DNA from: an uncultured Alphaproteobacteria bacterium
GTDB lineage: Bacteria > Pseudomonadota > Alphaproteobacteria > JAAXGF01
Length of the DNA stretch: 64,000 bases
Direction of reading: 5' to 3'
NCBI GenBank assembly: GCA_964645285.1
Contig: CAZYDR010000002.1
Location: 5,484-69,483 of the forward strand
Part shown: positions 22,180 through 30,858 of the stretch, one piece after another
Numbering within the stretch: position 1 is the first letter of the stretch
Layout: the number at the start of each line of letters is the position of its first letter
Notes under the pieces: generated by a model
Database searches by the model: none
What the model saw: only the letters and a program-made list of their open reading frames with translations
What the model was told of the DNA's origin: nothing
Made by a program: the position numbers and the translations under genes

Positions 22180-23242
22180 TTCGGCTGGATTGCCGCCATG
22201 GCTCTCGCCCTCGCCCATCCCGACATTCCCTGGGCAGCGATGATTCGGGCGACCAGTACATCTCCTGAAGCGCTCGAAATTCGCCCAATCGCCCGCTGGT
22301 GTGCTGTCGCCCAAGAGTTTGAAGTTTGTCTGTACAATAGGCATATATTGGTCGTGAGGAATTGGCGCCAGGCCGCTCGCTGGCATATGCGGAGTACGGG
22401 CCCATGGAGGAACTGCTCGGACGTATTCTCTGCTGGATCGGATACCACGATTTTCACGTCATCGACGCCACCTTCAGCTTCGGCCAGGGCGGCGAGGTGG
22501 AAACAGTGGAGTGCCGACGCTGCGGCTATCTACGGACCCGCCGTGGGTCGGCGAATGATTGATGACATGCTGGTCGCCGCGGGCTCATATTTGAATTACC
22601 GACGGGTGCCGCTCCCGGGCCGGGTGTAGGTCAGCGACATCGACCGGGCGTCAAATCGAGTATCGAAGTGTGTTGGGCTGATGAAAGGCTAACCAGATTT
22701 GGAATCGAAAAATTCTTGATTGAAGGCGTCTAAATACCAAATGTATTTCTAGGGAACGTCGTTCGCTTTTCGGTCGATTAAAAGTACGGTTACTGCACGA
22801 TCTGAATCTCACTGGCAAGGTAGAGACGTTGTGCGAGTCCAGAGGAGATCAGTATACACGGTATGCGGATGATCTGACCATGTCGTCTGACATCCATATT
22901 CCGGATGACTTATGGGTAGAGATATCAACAATTATTGAGGACTACGGATTGGAGATTAATGTGGGTAAAATCCGTTACCGTAGTCCCGGAGGACGAAGAG
23001 AGGTCACGGGTCTCGTGGTCAGCGGCGAAGTATGACCCCCATTTGCACTGAGAAATAAATTGAGAGGGTATTTCCACCGTGCGAATTTGAACCCGGTAGA
23101 GTTTGTTAAACAAATCCCCAAGCTGAATGGGTATTTATCGTTGCTGGAGCAGGTAAACTGTAGCAAGGATGAGAAACTGACTGCGCATGGGTCAAGGGCA
23201 GTCGAGAGAGTGCGCGCGGAGAAGACGAAAAATCATGGGTAG
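22180..23242 (+). pseudogene. Retron-type reverse transcriptase, decayed (frameshifts upstream plus in-frame TGA at 23033-23035 and TAG at 23240-23242)
   Basis: Frame 2 reads RGDQYTRYADDLTMSS...LEINVGKIRY...RREVTGLVVSGEV*PPFALRNKLRGYFHRAN.... This aligns with Ec86 RT (RGLIYTRYADDLTLS...LVINSKKT...RKVTGLVISQEKVGIGREKYKEIRAKIHH). Frame 0 at 22362..22660 holds degraded motif 2 (HVIDATFSF, cf. NIDLEDFF) and LPTGAAPGP (cf. LPQGAPTSP). Low GC. Confidence 0.6.
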
Positions 23243-23371
23243 GGTAGCCATACGTTGCTGTTTTTCGGTGACCGTATGACCACCCTGCCGGCACGTCATG
23301 GCGATGTCGGCAAGGGGTTGTTGAAAAGCATGTGCGATCAGCTCGGTATTAGCCGTGACGACTTGAATTAG
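23243..23371 (+). pseudogene. HicA-like mRNA interferase C-terminal fragment, in frame with the RT remnant and separated from it by TAG
   Basis: GSHTLLFFGDRMTTLPARHGDVGKGLLKSMCDQLGISRDDLN, compared with E. coli HicA GSNHLKLRFHGRRSVMPRHPCDEIKEPLRKAILKQLGLS. Confidence 0.4.
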
Positions 23372-23383
23372 GAAGCCGCCGCC

Positions 23384-23890
23384 ATGACCCAGGACATCCC
23401 CCGCATCGGCCGCGTGCGTCCCGGCGAGGCCGACGGCACGCTAGCCATCGACTGGAAGGGCGGTGGCCACGACACCATCGACTTTGCCGGGTTGATCGCC
23501 AGCGATCCACTGTTCGCGCCGCTGGCCGACGCCCCGCTGTTTGCCAAGGCCGAAGTCATCGACTGGGGCGCCGCCATCGGGTGGGGTGACGGTATCGAAC
23601 TGTCAGGCACCACCCTGGCCCGCATGGCCGACGCGCAGCGTCCCATGACCGACGCCGAGTTCGCCGCGTTTCAGCACGAGAAAGGTATCTCCAACCGGGA
23701 GACCGCCGACCTGATCGGGCGCTCGCTGTCGATCATCAAAGACTACAAGGCCGGACGCCAGCCGATTCCCCTGACTGTCGCCACCAGCTTGCGCGCCATG
23801 CACGACCCGATCATATTCGCCGCGCACTACCACCCGACAGCCAAGGCCGGCCGTCCGCTCGGCAAGACCGCGATGCATCGCGGCGGTTGA
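23384..23890 (+). CDS. DUF2442 domain fused to a C-terminal XRE-type HTH
   Basis: N-terminal 80 aa match the DUF2442 pattern (...FAKAEVIDWGAAIGWGDGIELSGTTL). C-terminal NRETADLIGRSLSIIKDYKAGRQ is an HTH. Confidence 0.55.
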   Translation: MTQDIPRIGRVRPGEADGTLAIDWKGGGHDTIDFAGLIASDPLFAPLADAPLFAKAEVIDWGAAIGWGDGIELSGTTLARMADAQRPMTDAEFAAFQHEKGISNRETADLIGRSLSIIKDYKAGRQPIPLTVATSLRAMHDPIIFAAHYHPTAKAGRPLGKTAMHRGG

Positions 23891-24021
23891 GCCTGTTGAA
23901 GCACCAGTCCGCCGATGCATCGGCGCTCCATCATCCATCCCGCCTCTTTGCTTATTCGCGCCACTGTGGTTCAGTCTGGCTTTGCTGATGTGTGAACGGT
24001 TGGTGTGTGGAGGAGGTTGGC

Positions 24022-25182
24022 GTGGGATTTGTCAGGGGTAGCGATATTGAGCGGCGGTTTCCCAGTATCGCCACCATGGAGGATACGGCGCGGCGGCGGT
24101 CGCCGCGGTTTGCCTATGAGTACATGGCGCTGGGCATCGGCCTCGGGATCGGCATGGCGCGCAATCGTTCGGCGCTCGATGACGTCACCCTGGTGCCGCG
24201 ATATATCGACGGCGCGGCCGAACCGGACATGGATGTCGAGCTGTTTGGCCAGACCTACGATGCGCCGTTCGGGGTCGCGCCCATCGGCCTTGGTGGCCTG
24301 ATCTGGCCCAAGGCGGCGGAGCATCTCGCCAGCGCCGCCCGGCGCCACAACATTGCCTTCGCCCTGAGCACCTTCGCCACCAGCAGTATCGAGACCATCG
24401 CGCCCCTGGCCGGCAAGCAGGGTTGGTTCCAGCTCTATACGCCCAACGATCAGGCGGTCGAGGCGGAACTGATCGACCGGGCCGCGGCGGCTGGGTTCGA
24501 AACCCTGGTGGTGACCATCGACATTCCAACGCCGACCCAGCGCGAGCACGACACCCGCAACGGGCTCAGCGTGCCGCCCCGGTTCGACATCCAGACCGCC
24601 GTGCAGATCGCCGCCCGTCCGACCTGGGCCCTGACCACCTTGGCCGCCGGCGTGCCCCGGTTCGAGACCCTGCTGCCGTATGTGCCCAGGGGCATGGGCC
24701 TGGATGACGCGTCGCGCTTCCTCTCCGAACTGATGGACGGCCCCCTGACCCGCGAGACGCTAACCCGCATCCGCGAGCGCTGGTCCGGCCGGTTGGTGGT
24801 CAAGGGGGTACTCGACCCCGCCGACGCCATGCTTTGCCGGGATATCGGCGTCGATGGCATCGTGGTTTCCAACCACGGCGGCCGCCAGTCCGAGGCCGCG
24901 CCGTCAGCTGTCGAGGTGCTGGGCGACATCAGGCAGGCGGTCGGGCCGGACATGGCGGTGATCGCCGACGGCGGCGTTAGGTCGGGTGTCGATATCGCCC
25001 GCATGCTGGCGTCGGGCGCCGATTTCGTGCTTCTGGGCCGCGCTTTCATGATCGCCATGTGCGCCCTCGGCGCGCCCGGCGCCGACTATGCCATGGCCCT
25101 GCTCAAGCGGGAACTGCGTGGCGCCATGGCCCAGATCGGCTGCCCGAGTGTGGATCGCCTGGGCGAGTATCTGCGGCGCTAG
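24022..25182 (+). CDS. FMN-dependent alpha-hydroxy-acid dehydrogenase (L-lactate dehydrogenase/glycolate oxidase family)
   Basis: TIM-barrel FMN motifs (VKGVLDPADA, SNHGGRQ). Start assigned to GTG 24022 six nucleotides after AGGAGG. The ORF extends to 23992. Confidence 0.7.
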   Translation: MGFVRGSDIERRFPSIATMEDTARRRSPRFAYEYMALGIGLGIGMARNRSALDDVTLVPRYIDGAAEPDMDVELFGQTYDAPFGVAPIGLGGLIWPKAAEHLASAARRHNIAFALSTFATSSIETIAPLAGKQGWFQLYTPNDQAVEAELIDRAAAAGFETLVVTIDIPTPTQREHDTRNGLSVPPRFDIQTAVQIAARPTWALTTLAAGVPRFETLLPYVPRGMGLDDASRFLSELMDGPLTRETLTRIRERWSGRLVVKGVLDPADAMLCRDIGVDGIVVSNHGGRQSEAAPSAVEVLGDIRQAVGPDMAVIADGGVRSGVDIARMLASGADFVLLGRAFMIAMCALGAPGADYAMALLKRELRGAMAQIGCPSVDRLGEYLRR

Positions 25183-25212
25183 GGCGTTTGAACCGGCGAC
25201 GCCCGACGCCGG

Positions 25213-26093
25213 TCAAATGCCCAAGGTAGCGAGGTCCAGTTTTCCGTCTGAAACCGGCGGACACCAGAAATAGCTTCCCGAGATAGGGCGCGTGAAGCGA
25301 AAGAGACCATCGATCACGCCGTCTTCCTGCCCGGCCATGCGCCGAAGCTGCGCCTCGAATGCGTCCAGCGACTTACCGAACGCGACAAACATCAACCCCT
25401 CACCATGCGCATCCGCCCAGGGCAACGAGCGGCGGACGACGAAGGCTTCCGGATCGAAGCTCTCCTGGGCGGTCCGCTTGACATGGGCCGATACCGGCGC
25501 CTCGTCGAGTTCCTCGTTGTCGCTCAAGCGTCGACCGATAATGTCATCGCGCTCGCCCTGCGCCTTGGCGTTGAAACGGTCGAGGTCGTGGATCCATTGC
25601 TGGACGGCGACGAAGCTGGAGCCGTCGAGCGCCGACCCGGCGCCTTGGACAATGGCCGCGTCGCCCGCGTCATCGCCCTCGGGGTTCTCGGTGCCGTCCT
25701 CGTAGCCGGTCAGGTCGAGACCCCGATTATCTTGAACCCGTCCACCACGCGAACAGGACTGAACCCCTGGCGCAAACCATGGGTAACAGATCGCGCCTGG
25801 TGGACAATCGCTCCGCGATCGTCGCCCTGTACCCAACACCATAAATCCGCCTGCGTCGACGGAACCTCGCAACCGGGCCCGCTCAGAGCCGGGAACGGCC
25901 GAAGCTCTTCAATCGAATATCCAAGTCCCTTGACCAGCCCAGGGCCCAGCCCAATGACGACGTTCTGGATGGTGATCCCCGAAGCCATGTCGCGGAAAAC
26001 GGAAATCAGGTCGCTACCCGGGATCGCGCGGAACTCCAGATAGCGGGAGTGGTTCGGGACGGGCGCAAGAATGCCGAACTGAGAAGAAATCAT
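25213..26093 (-). pseudogene. Dyp-type peroxidase (YfeX-like) split by a single frameshift near 25740-25870
   Basis: N-half (ORF 25710..26168: SQFGILAP...) and C-half (ORF 25213..25872: GYEDGTENP...SLPWADAHGEGLMFVA) are in different frames. Confidence 0.55.
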
Positions 26094-26887
26094 GACCACG
26101 GTGTCTCCTGGAACGGTATTTCCTCGCCGTCGACCAGGATGGCGTCGACCTTTTCGTTGAAGAAGCACAAGTGGTTCTTGATGGCCGCTGATTCGTGGAC
26201 CGGGTCGGGGTAGCCCCAGACGATGTTCTCGAATGTCTTGCCGCCGACGGTGGCGGACCAGTAGCGGGCGCGGCCCTTGTAGGGGCAGTCGGTGGCCAGA
26301 TCCGTGGCTTTGAGCAGGCCCGGGCTGACGTCGCCGGCGGGAATGTAATAGCGGGTCGGCAGGCCGGTCTCGTAAAGGAATAGGGCCTGGGTCGAGGCGG
26401 CCACGGTCTCACCGCCGAGCACCACCCGTACGGGCCGGAACGACGGTACGATGTCGATGCGCTTGTAGGGGTCGCGGGCGTGGACGAAGACTTCCTCGTC
26501 CTCTTCAAACCAGTGGTCCATACGGTCCCAGTAGAACGCCATGGTGTCCTTGATGTCGGCGACTTCGTCGTAGGGGTCGGTGTAGCTCCAGACCGCGTTC
26601 TCGGCGGTTTTATCGCCCACCGTGACGGTCCAGTACGAGGCGTCGCCCTTGAACGGACAGTGACTGCCGTGGTCCGTGGCGGTGAGCAGGTCGGCGCGTA
26701 CGTCGGCGCGGGGGAAGTAATAGACCGGGATATGTTTGGTCTCGTGCATCAGACGCACATTGGTACTGTCGGCCACGGTCTCGCCGTTGAACATCACCCG
26801 CAGGCGCTTGGCGCAGGGCTCAAAGGTGATGGCATAGCCCGGGTGGGCGGCGTAGCCGGATGGCTGTTTGACGGCGACTTGGCTCAT
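26090..26887 (-). CDS. Tandem DUF427 domain protein
   Basis: Two DUF427-like repeats (...VWSYTDPYDEVADIKDTMAFY.. / ..IVWGYPDPVHESAAIKNHLCFF..). Start at MSQVAVKQP (26887). Alternative upstream ATGs reach 27073. Confidence 0.55.
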   Translation of the reverse strand: MSQVAVKQPSGYAAHPGYAITFEPCAKRLRVMFNGETVADSTNVRLMHETKHIPVYYFPRADVRADLLTATDHGSHCPFKGDASYWTVTVGDKTAENAVWSYTDPYDEVADIKDTMAFYWDRMDHWFEEDEEVFVHARDPYKRIDIVPSFRPVRVVLGGETVAASTQALFLYETGLPTRYYIPAGDVSPGLLKATDLATDCPYKGRARYWSATVGGKTFENIVWGYPDPVHESAAIKNHLCFFNEKVDAILVDGEEIPFQETPWS

Positions 26888-27190
26888 CGGTTCGATCTTT
26901 CGTTTTGGGGCACCTCTCCGGCCGAAAACGCTATCACGTTCGTCGGTTGAAGGCGAACTCACCGCCTCGCCGATATCGAGATTTCGGGTCGGATGAAGGT
27001 TCATGATTTTCACGCTCTCCAGGTCTGCGCCGTTCGTGTCCATGATACCACCGAACCGGTTGGATAAAATCACGACCTTATCGCTAGACTTGGGCGCGGA
27101 ATCTGTTTCATGATCGAGGCGTTGTTCAGCGTTACCGCGGTAAAACGAAACAAATAGAAAAAACCTATATTCGGATAAGGAAAGTCAAAA

Positions 27191-27207
27191 TTACTTGTAC
27201 ACAGTAA
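27191..27207. promoter_or_regulatory. Imperfect 17-bp palindrome TTACTTGTACACAGTAA in the divergent DUF427 / Mo-hydroxylase promoter region
   Basis: Seen directly. 14 of 17 positions are self-complementary. It ends 16 bp upstream of the coxS-like ATG in an AT-rich 150-bp intergenic region. Confidence 0.3.
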
Positions 27208-27222
27208 TGACGAAAGACTCCC

Positions 27223-27705
27223 ATGGATTTGAATTTTGTTGTCAACGGGCGGATGCTTGCTCTTGACATTCGACCAACCGAGACGCTGTCCGAAGTATTG
27301 CGGAACCAGCTTGGCCTGACCGGCCTCAAGGAAGGATGCCGCGAGGGTGAGTGCGGAACCTGTACAGTCCTGCTCGACGGCAAGGCGGTAAATTCCTGCC
27401 TGATTCTGGCCTATCAGGCCAGGGACTCAGAGGTGCTGACCATTGAGGGCCTGTCCCGCGACGGCCAACCCGATGCCCTGCAGCAGGCCTTCGTCGATAA
27501 CGGCGCCGTGCAGTGTGGTTTCTGCTCGCCGGGTATGATCCTGGCCGCCAAGGCACTGTTACGGGACAACAATAATCCCTCCGACAACGACATCCGCCAT
27601 GCCCTTGCCGGCAACCTCTGCCGCTGTACCGGGTTCGTAAACATAATCAAGGCGGTGCATGCGGCCGCGGCAACCGAAGCCCGGGCGGCTGAGGCACGGC
27701 GATGA
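27223..27705 (+). CDS. Molybdenum hydroxylase small subunit, (2Fe-2S)-binding (CoxS/XdhC-like)
   Basis: CREGECGTCTV and CGFCSPG...CRCTGF cysteine motifs. Confidence 0.85.
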   Translation: MDLNFVVNGRMLALDIRPTETLSEVLRNQLGLTGLKEGCREGECGTCTVLLDGKAVNSCLILAYQARDSEVLTIEGLSRDGQPDALQQAFVDNGAVQCGFCSPGMILAAKALLRDNNNPSDNDIRHALAGNLCRCTGFVNIIKAVHAAAATEARAAEARR

Positions 27706-28595
27706 TCGTGGGATCCGACATCAGCGGTCCCGGCAGCATGGGCGAACTTGCCGACCTTATCGCGGATCATGACGGCCTGATCGCCTATATTGCCGGTGGC
27801 ACCGACCTCATCATCAAAATGAATGAAGGGTGGGCCGCGCCGGATTTGTTGATCGATATTTCGCGCTTGGAGGAGCTTTCCTATGTCAGGACCGCCGGCG
27901 ACCATGTCGCCATCGGCGCCGCCACGAGTCTTGAGCGAATCATCCAGGATCCGGCGCTGCGTCGAAATTTTGGCTGTCTGGTCCAAGCCGCCGATCAGTT
28001 CGGCTCGAAACAGATTCAGAACCGGGCCACTATCGGCGGTAATATCGCCGGTGCCGCGCCCGGTGGCGATATGCTACCGGTGCTGCAATGCCTCGGCGCG
28101 CGGGTATCGATTATCGGAAAAGACCGGACGGCGAAGACCGTTGCTTTCGAGGATGTCGTCACCGGCGTCGGGCAGACCATTCTCGAGAATGGCGACCTGA
28201 TCAGCGAAATCCAGGTTCCTTTCCTGGGAGACGATTACATCACCGGGTTCGAAAAACTCGGGCGGCGAACATTTCTGACCATCGCCCGGCTCAGTCTGGT
28301 GGCGGCCGTCAAGTTCGACAAGACAACCCGAACCATCGAAAACGCCAGTCTGGTCGCCGGCGCCATCGGCACCACGCCGCTTCGTCTGTCAGCCACCGAG
28401 GCGCTGCTGAACGGCCGCGCGGTCGATCATGAGTTGGCCGCCGATTTCACCGACATGCTGGCCAATGAGGTCGACCGGGCGATCCCCGGGCGCCACTCGC
28501 AACCCTACAAGCGTCAGGCGATCAAGGGCCTGGGGCTGAACATGCTGGAAAGCCTGTTCGGCGAGACCTTCGAACTGGCGGGAACGCAGGCATAA
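27702..28595 (+). CDS. Molybdenum hydroxylase FAD-binding medium subunit (CoxM-like)
   Basis: FAD-binding PCMH fold (AGGTDLI...). Overlaps the upstream stop. Confidence 0.8.
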   Translation: MIVGSDISGPGSMGELADLIADHDGLIAYIAGGTDLIIKMNEGWAAPDLLIDISRLEELSYVRTAGDHVAIGAATSLERIIQDPALRRNFGCLVQAADQFGSKQIQNRATIGGNIAGAAPGGDMLPVLQCLGARVSIIGKDRTAKTVAFEDVVTGVGQTILENGDLISEIQVPFLGDDYITGFEKLGRRTFLTIARLSLVAAVKFDKTTRTIENASLVAGAIGTTPLRLSATEALLNGRAVDHELAADFTDMLANEVDRAIPGRHSQPYKRQAIKGLGLNMLESLFGETFELAGTQA

Positions 28596-28596
28596 C

Positions 28597-30855
28597 ATGA
28601 ATTTCACCTACGTCTCGAATAGCCTGCCCTTGGTCGACGGCGCCGACAAGGCAGCTGGCAGGATTCTCTATACCGGCGACATGGCGCTCGACGGCATGCT
28701 GCATACCAAGCTTCTTTTGAGTCCGCGAGCCCATGCCCGGATCGAGTCGATCAACACGGCAAGAGCAATGGCGGAGCCGGGCGTGGTGGCCGTATTCACA
28801 CACGAGAACACACCGCCCTTCCTCTATAACAGCGCACTGTGGGCCGAGGATCAGGAGTTTGTCGAGGATGAGCGATTATTCCCGCCGGTAGTCCGTTTCA
28901 TCGGCGACCGCGTCGCCGCGGTCGTCGCCGAGACTGCCGAAATCGCTACGCGCGCGGTCGAGTTTATTGACATCATTTACCAGGACCTACCGCCTGTGTT
29001 CGATCCGGCGGAAGCGCTTGCCGCCCCGGCCGAGCCGGGCTTCGAGAGCCCGATTATCGAGGTCGCCGTCGAGTACGGCGATACGGACGACGGCTTCGCT
29101 GAGGCCGATCTAATCGTCGAGGACCACGTCCGCACACCGAAGACCCACCACAGCGCCATGGAAAACCATGTCTGCATCGCGCTGCCGGAGGCCGGCGGGA
29201 TCACCAAAATTCTAACACCCTGCCAGAACGTATTCGCCGCGCTTTTTGTCACCGCTAAAGCTCTCGGCGTTTCAAAGGAGGAACTTCGGGTCGTCAAGAC
29301 ACCGGTTGGCGGATCGTTCGGCGGCAAGTCGGAACCAATCCTTGAGCCGCTCTGTGCCCACTTCGCCAAGATTACCGGCCGGCCGGTAATCATCGAACTT
29401 GACCGGCGCGAGTCGATCATCGCGACGCGGTCGCGCTCACGGGTTTTCGGCACGGTCAGGACGGCGGTCAATCGCGAGGGCCGCATTCTTGCCCGCGATC
29501 TCAATTGCATTAACGATGCCGGCGCTTACGCGACCGGCAGTCCGCTGCTGGCGGCAAGTATGTCGCGGCGAGCCTTTCGACTCTACGATATCGCAAGCCA
29601 GCGTTACCGCTGCCGCGCGGTTTACACCAACACGCCGGTATCGGGTGCCTTCCGAGGCTATGGCTCGCCGCAAATTCACTCGATCACCGAGATCAACCTC
29701 GACCACGTGGCGCGGCGCCTTGACATCGACCCGGTCGCATTTCGTCTGAAAAACCTGATCCAACCCCATGCCGACGATCCCTTGGGCGGCCCCAGCGTCG
29801 GCAACGCCCGTATCATCGACTGTGTCCGCCAGGGCGCGCGAGCTTTTGGTTGGGAGAAACGGCGCCATCGGCAGACGGCTACGGACCGCGTCAAACGCGG
29901 TGTCGGTATGGCCTGCGGCAACCACACCAACGGCAATTTCGGTGCATTTCCAGAATTTTCGACCCAGACGTTACGGCTCGAGGAAAGCAATCAACTTGTC
30001 CTCAATGGCCCACTCCATGACCTCGGTTGCGGTGCTGTCACGACAATCTCGCAGATCGTCGCCGAGGTCATGCAGATCGCGCCCGACAGGATACGGGTGA
30101 CCGAAGGCGACACCGCGACCCAGGAATACGACCAGGGAACGCGGGCCAGCCGGGTCACGCCCATATTCGGCGAATGCGCCCGGCGGGTGGCGGAGAAGCT
30201 TCGCGGCCGGGTACTCGACGAAGCTGCCCTGGCGATGAACTGCGCGGCCAGCGACCTGATCATGGCGGACGGCCTGATCAAGCCGAAATACGGGCCGCAA
30301 CGGCAACTCTCCTATGGCGAGGTGGCGCGTCTCTTCAAACAGCAGAACGGCGCCGACCTGGCCGAAACCGAAACCTTTCACGCGACCGCGAATCCAGGTT
30401 CCTACGCGGCCCATTTCGTGGCCGTCGAAGTCGATACCTTGACCGGCCGGGTCAAGGTTCTCGAAGTCCTGGCGGCGCACGATATTGGTCAGCCGCTCAA
30501 CCGGCAGTTGGTCGAGGGACAGGTCCATGGCGGTATTCAAATGGGTATGGGCCTGGCACTGCTCGAGGATCTTGATATCGATGCCAGCGGCGCCACCAAG
30601 GGCGACAGCTTCGCGCGATACCATCAGGTCAATGCGTCGGATATGCCGCCGGTCGAGGTGCTTCTGATTGACGAGATTGAGGACAGCGGTCCTTTCGGGG
30701 CCAAGGCGCTCGGTGAGATCGCGGCCGTCCCTACTGCACCGGCTATCGTCAACGCCGTGAACCACGCCTTGGGGACCTCTCTTTGTGACTTGCCGCTGAC
30801 ACCGGAGCGGGTCGTGGCGGCGGTCCTCGAAGCAGCACCGCCTGGAGGAGCCTAA
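28597..30855 (+). CDS. Molybdenum hydroxylase large molybdopterin-binding subunit (xanthine dehydrogenase/CoxL family)
   Basis: 752 aa with Ald_Xan_dh_C and C2 domains. Confidence 0.85.
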   Translation: MNFTYVSNSLPLVDGADKAAGRILYTGDMALDGMLHTKLLLSPRAHARIESINTARAMAEPGVVAVFTHENTPPFLYNSALWAEDQEFVEDERLFPPVVRFIGDRVAAVVAETAEIATRAVEFIDIIYQDLPPVFDPAEALAAPAEPGFESPIIEVAVEYGDTDDGFAEADLIVEDHVRTPKTHHSAMENHVCIALPEAGGITKILTPCQNVFAALFVTAKALGVSKEELRVVKTPVGGSFGGKSEPILEPLCAHFAKITGRPVIIELDRRESIIATRSRSRVFGTVRTAVNREGRILARDLNCINDAGAYATGSPLLAASMSRRAFRLYDIASQRYRCRAVYTNTPVSGAFRGYGSPQIHSITEINLDHVARRLDIDPVAFRLKNLIQPHADDPLGGPSVGNARIIDCVRQGARAFGWEKRRHRQTATDRVKRGVGMACGNHTNGNFGAFPEFSTQTLRLEESNQLVLNGPLHDLGCGAVTTISQIVAEVMQIAPDRIRVTEGDTATQEYDQGTRASRVTPIFGECARRVAEKLRGRVLDEAALAMNCAASDLIMADGLIKPKYGPQRQLSYGEVARLFKQQNGADLAETETFHATANPGSYAAHFVAVEVDTLTGRVKVLEVLAAHDIGQPLNRQLVEGQVHGGIQMGMGLALLEDLDIDASGATKGDSFARYHQVNASDMPPVEVLLIDEIEDSGPFGAKALGEIAAVPTAPAIVNAVNHALGTSLCDLPLTPERVVAAVLEAAPPGGA

Positions 30856-30858
30856 CGC

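Noticed and set aside
22177-22629. ORFs 22177..22629(+) and 22362..22562(+) as independent genes
   Set aside because: They correspond to out-of-frame remnants of the retron RT N-terminal region (degraded motif 2 and motif 4 traces) rather than separate genes.
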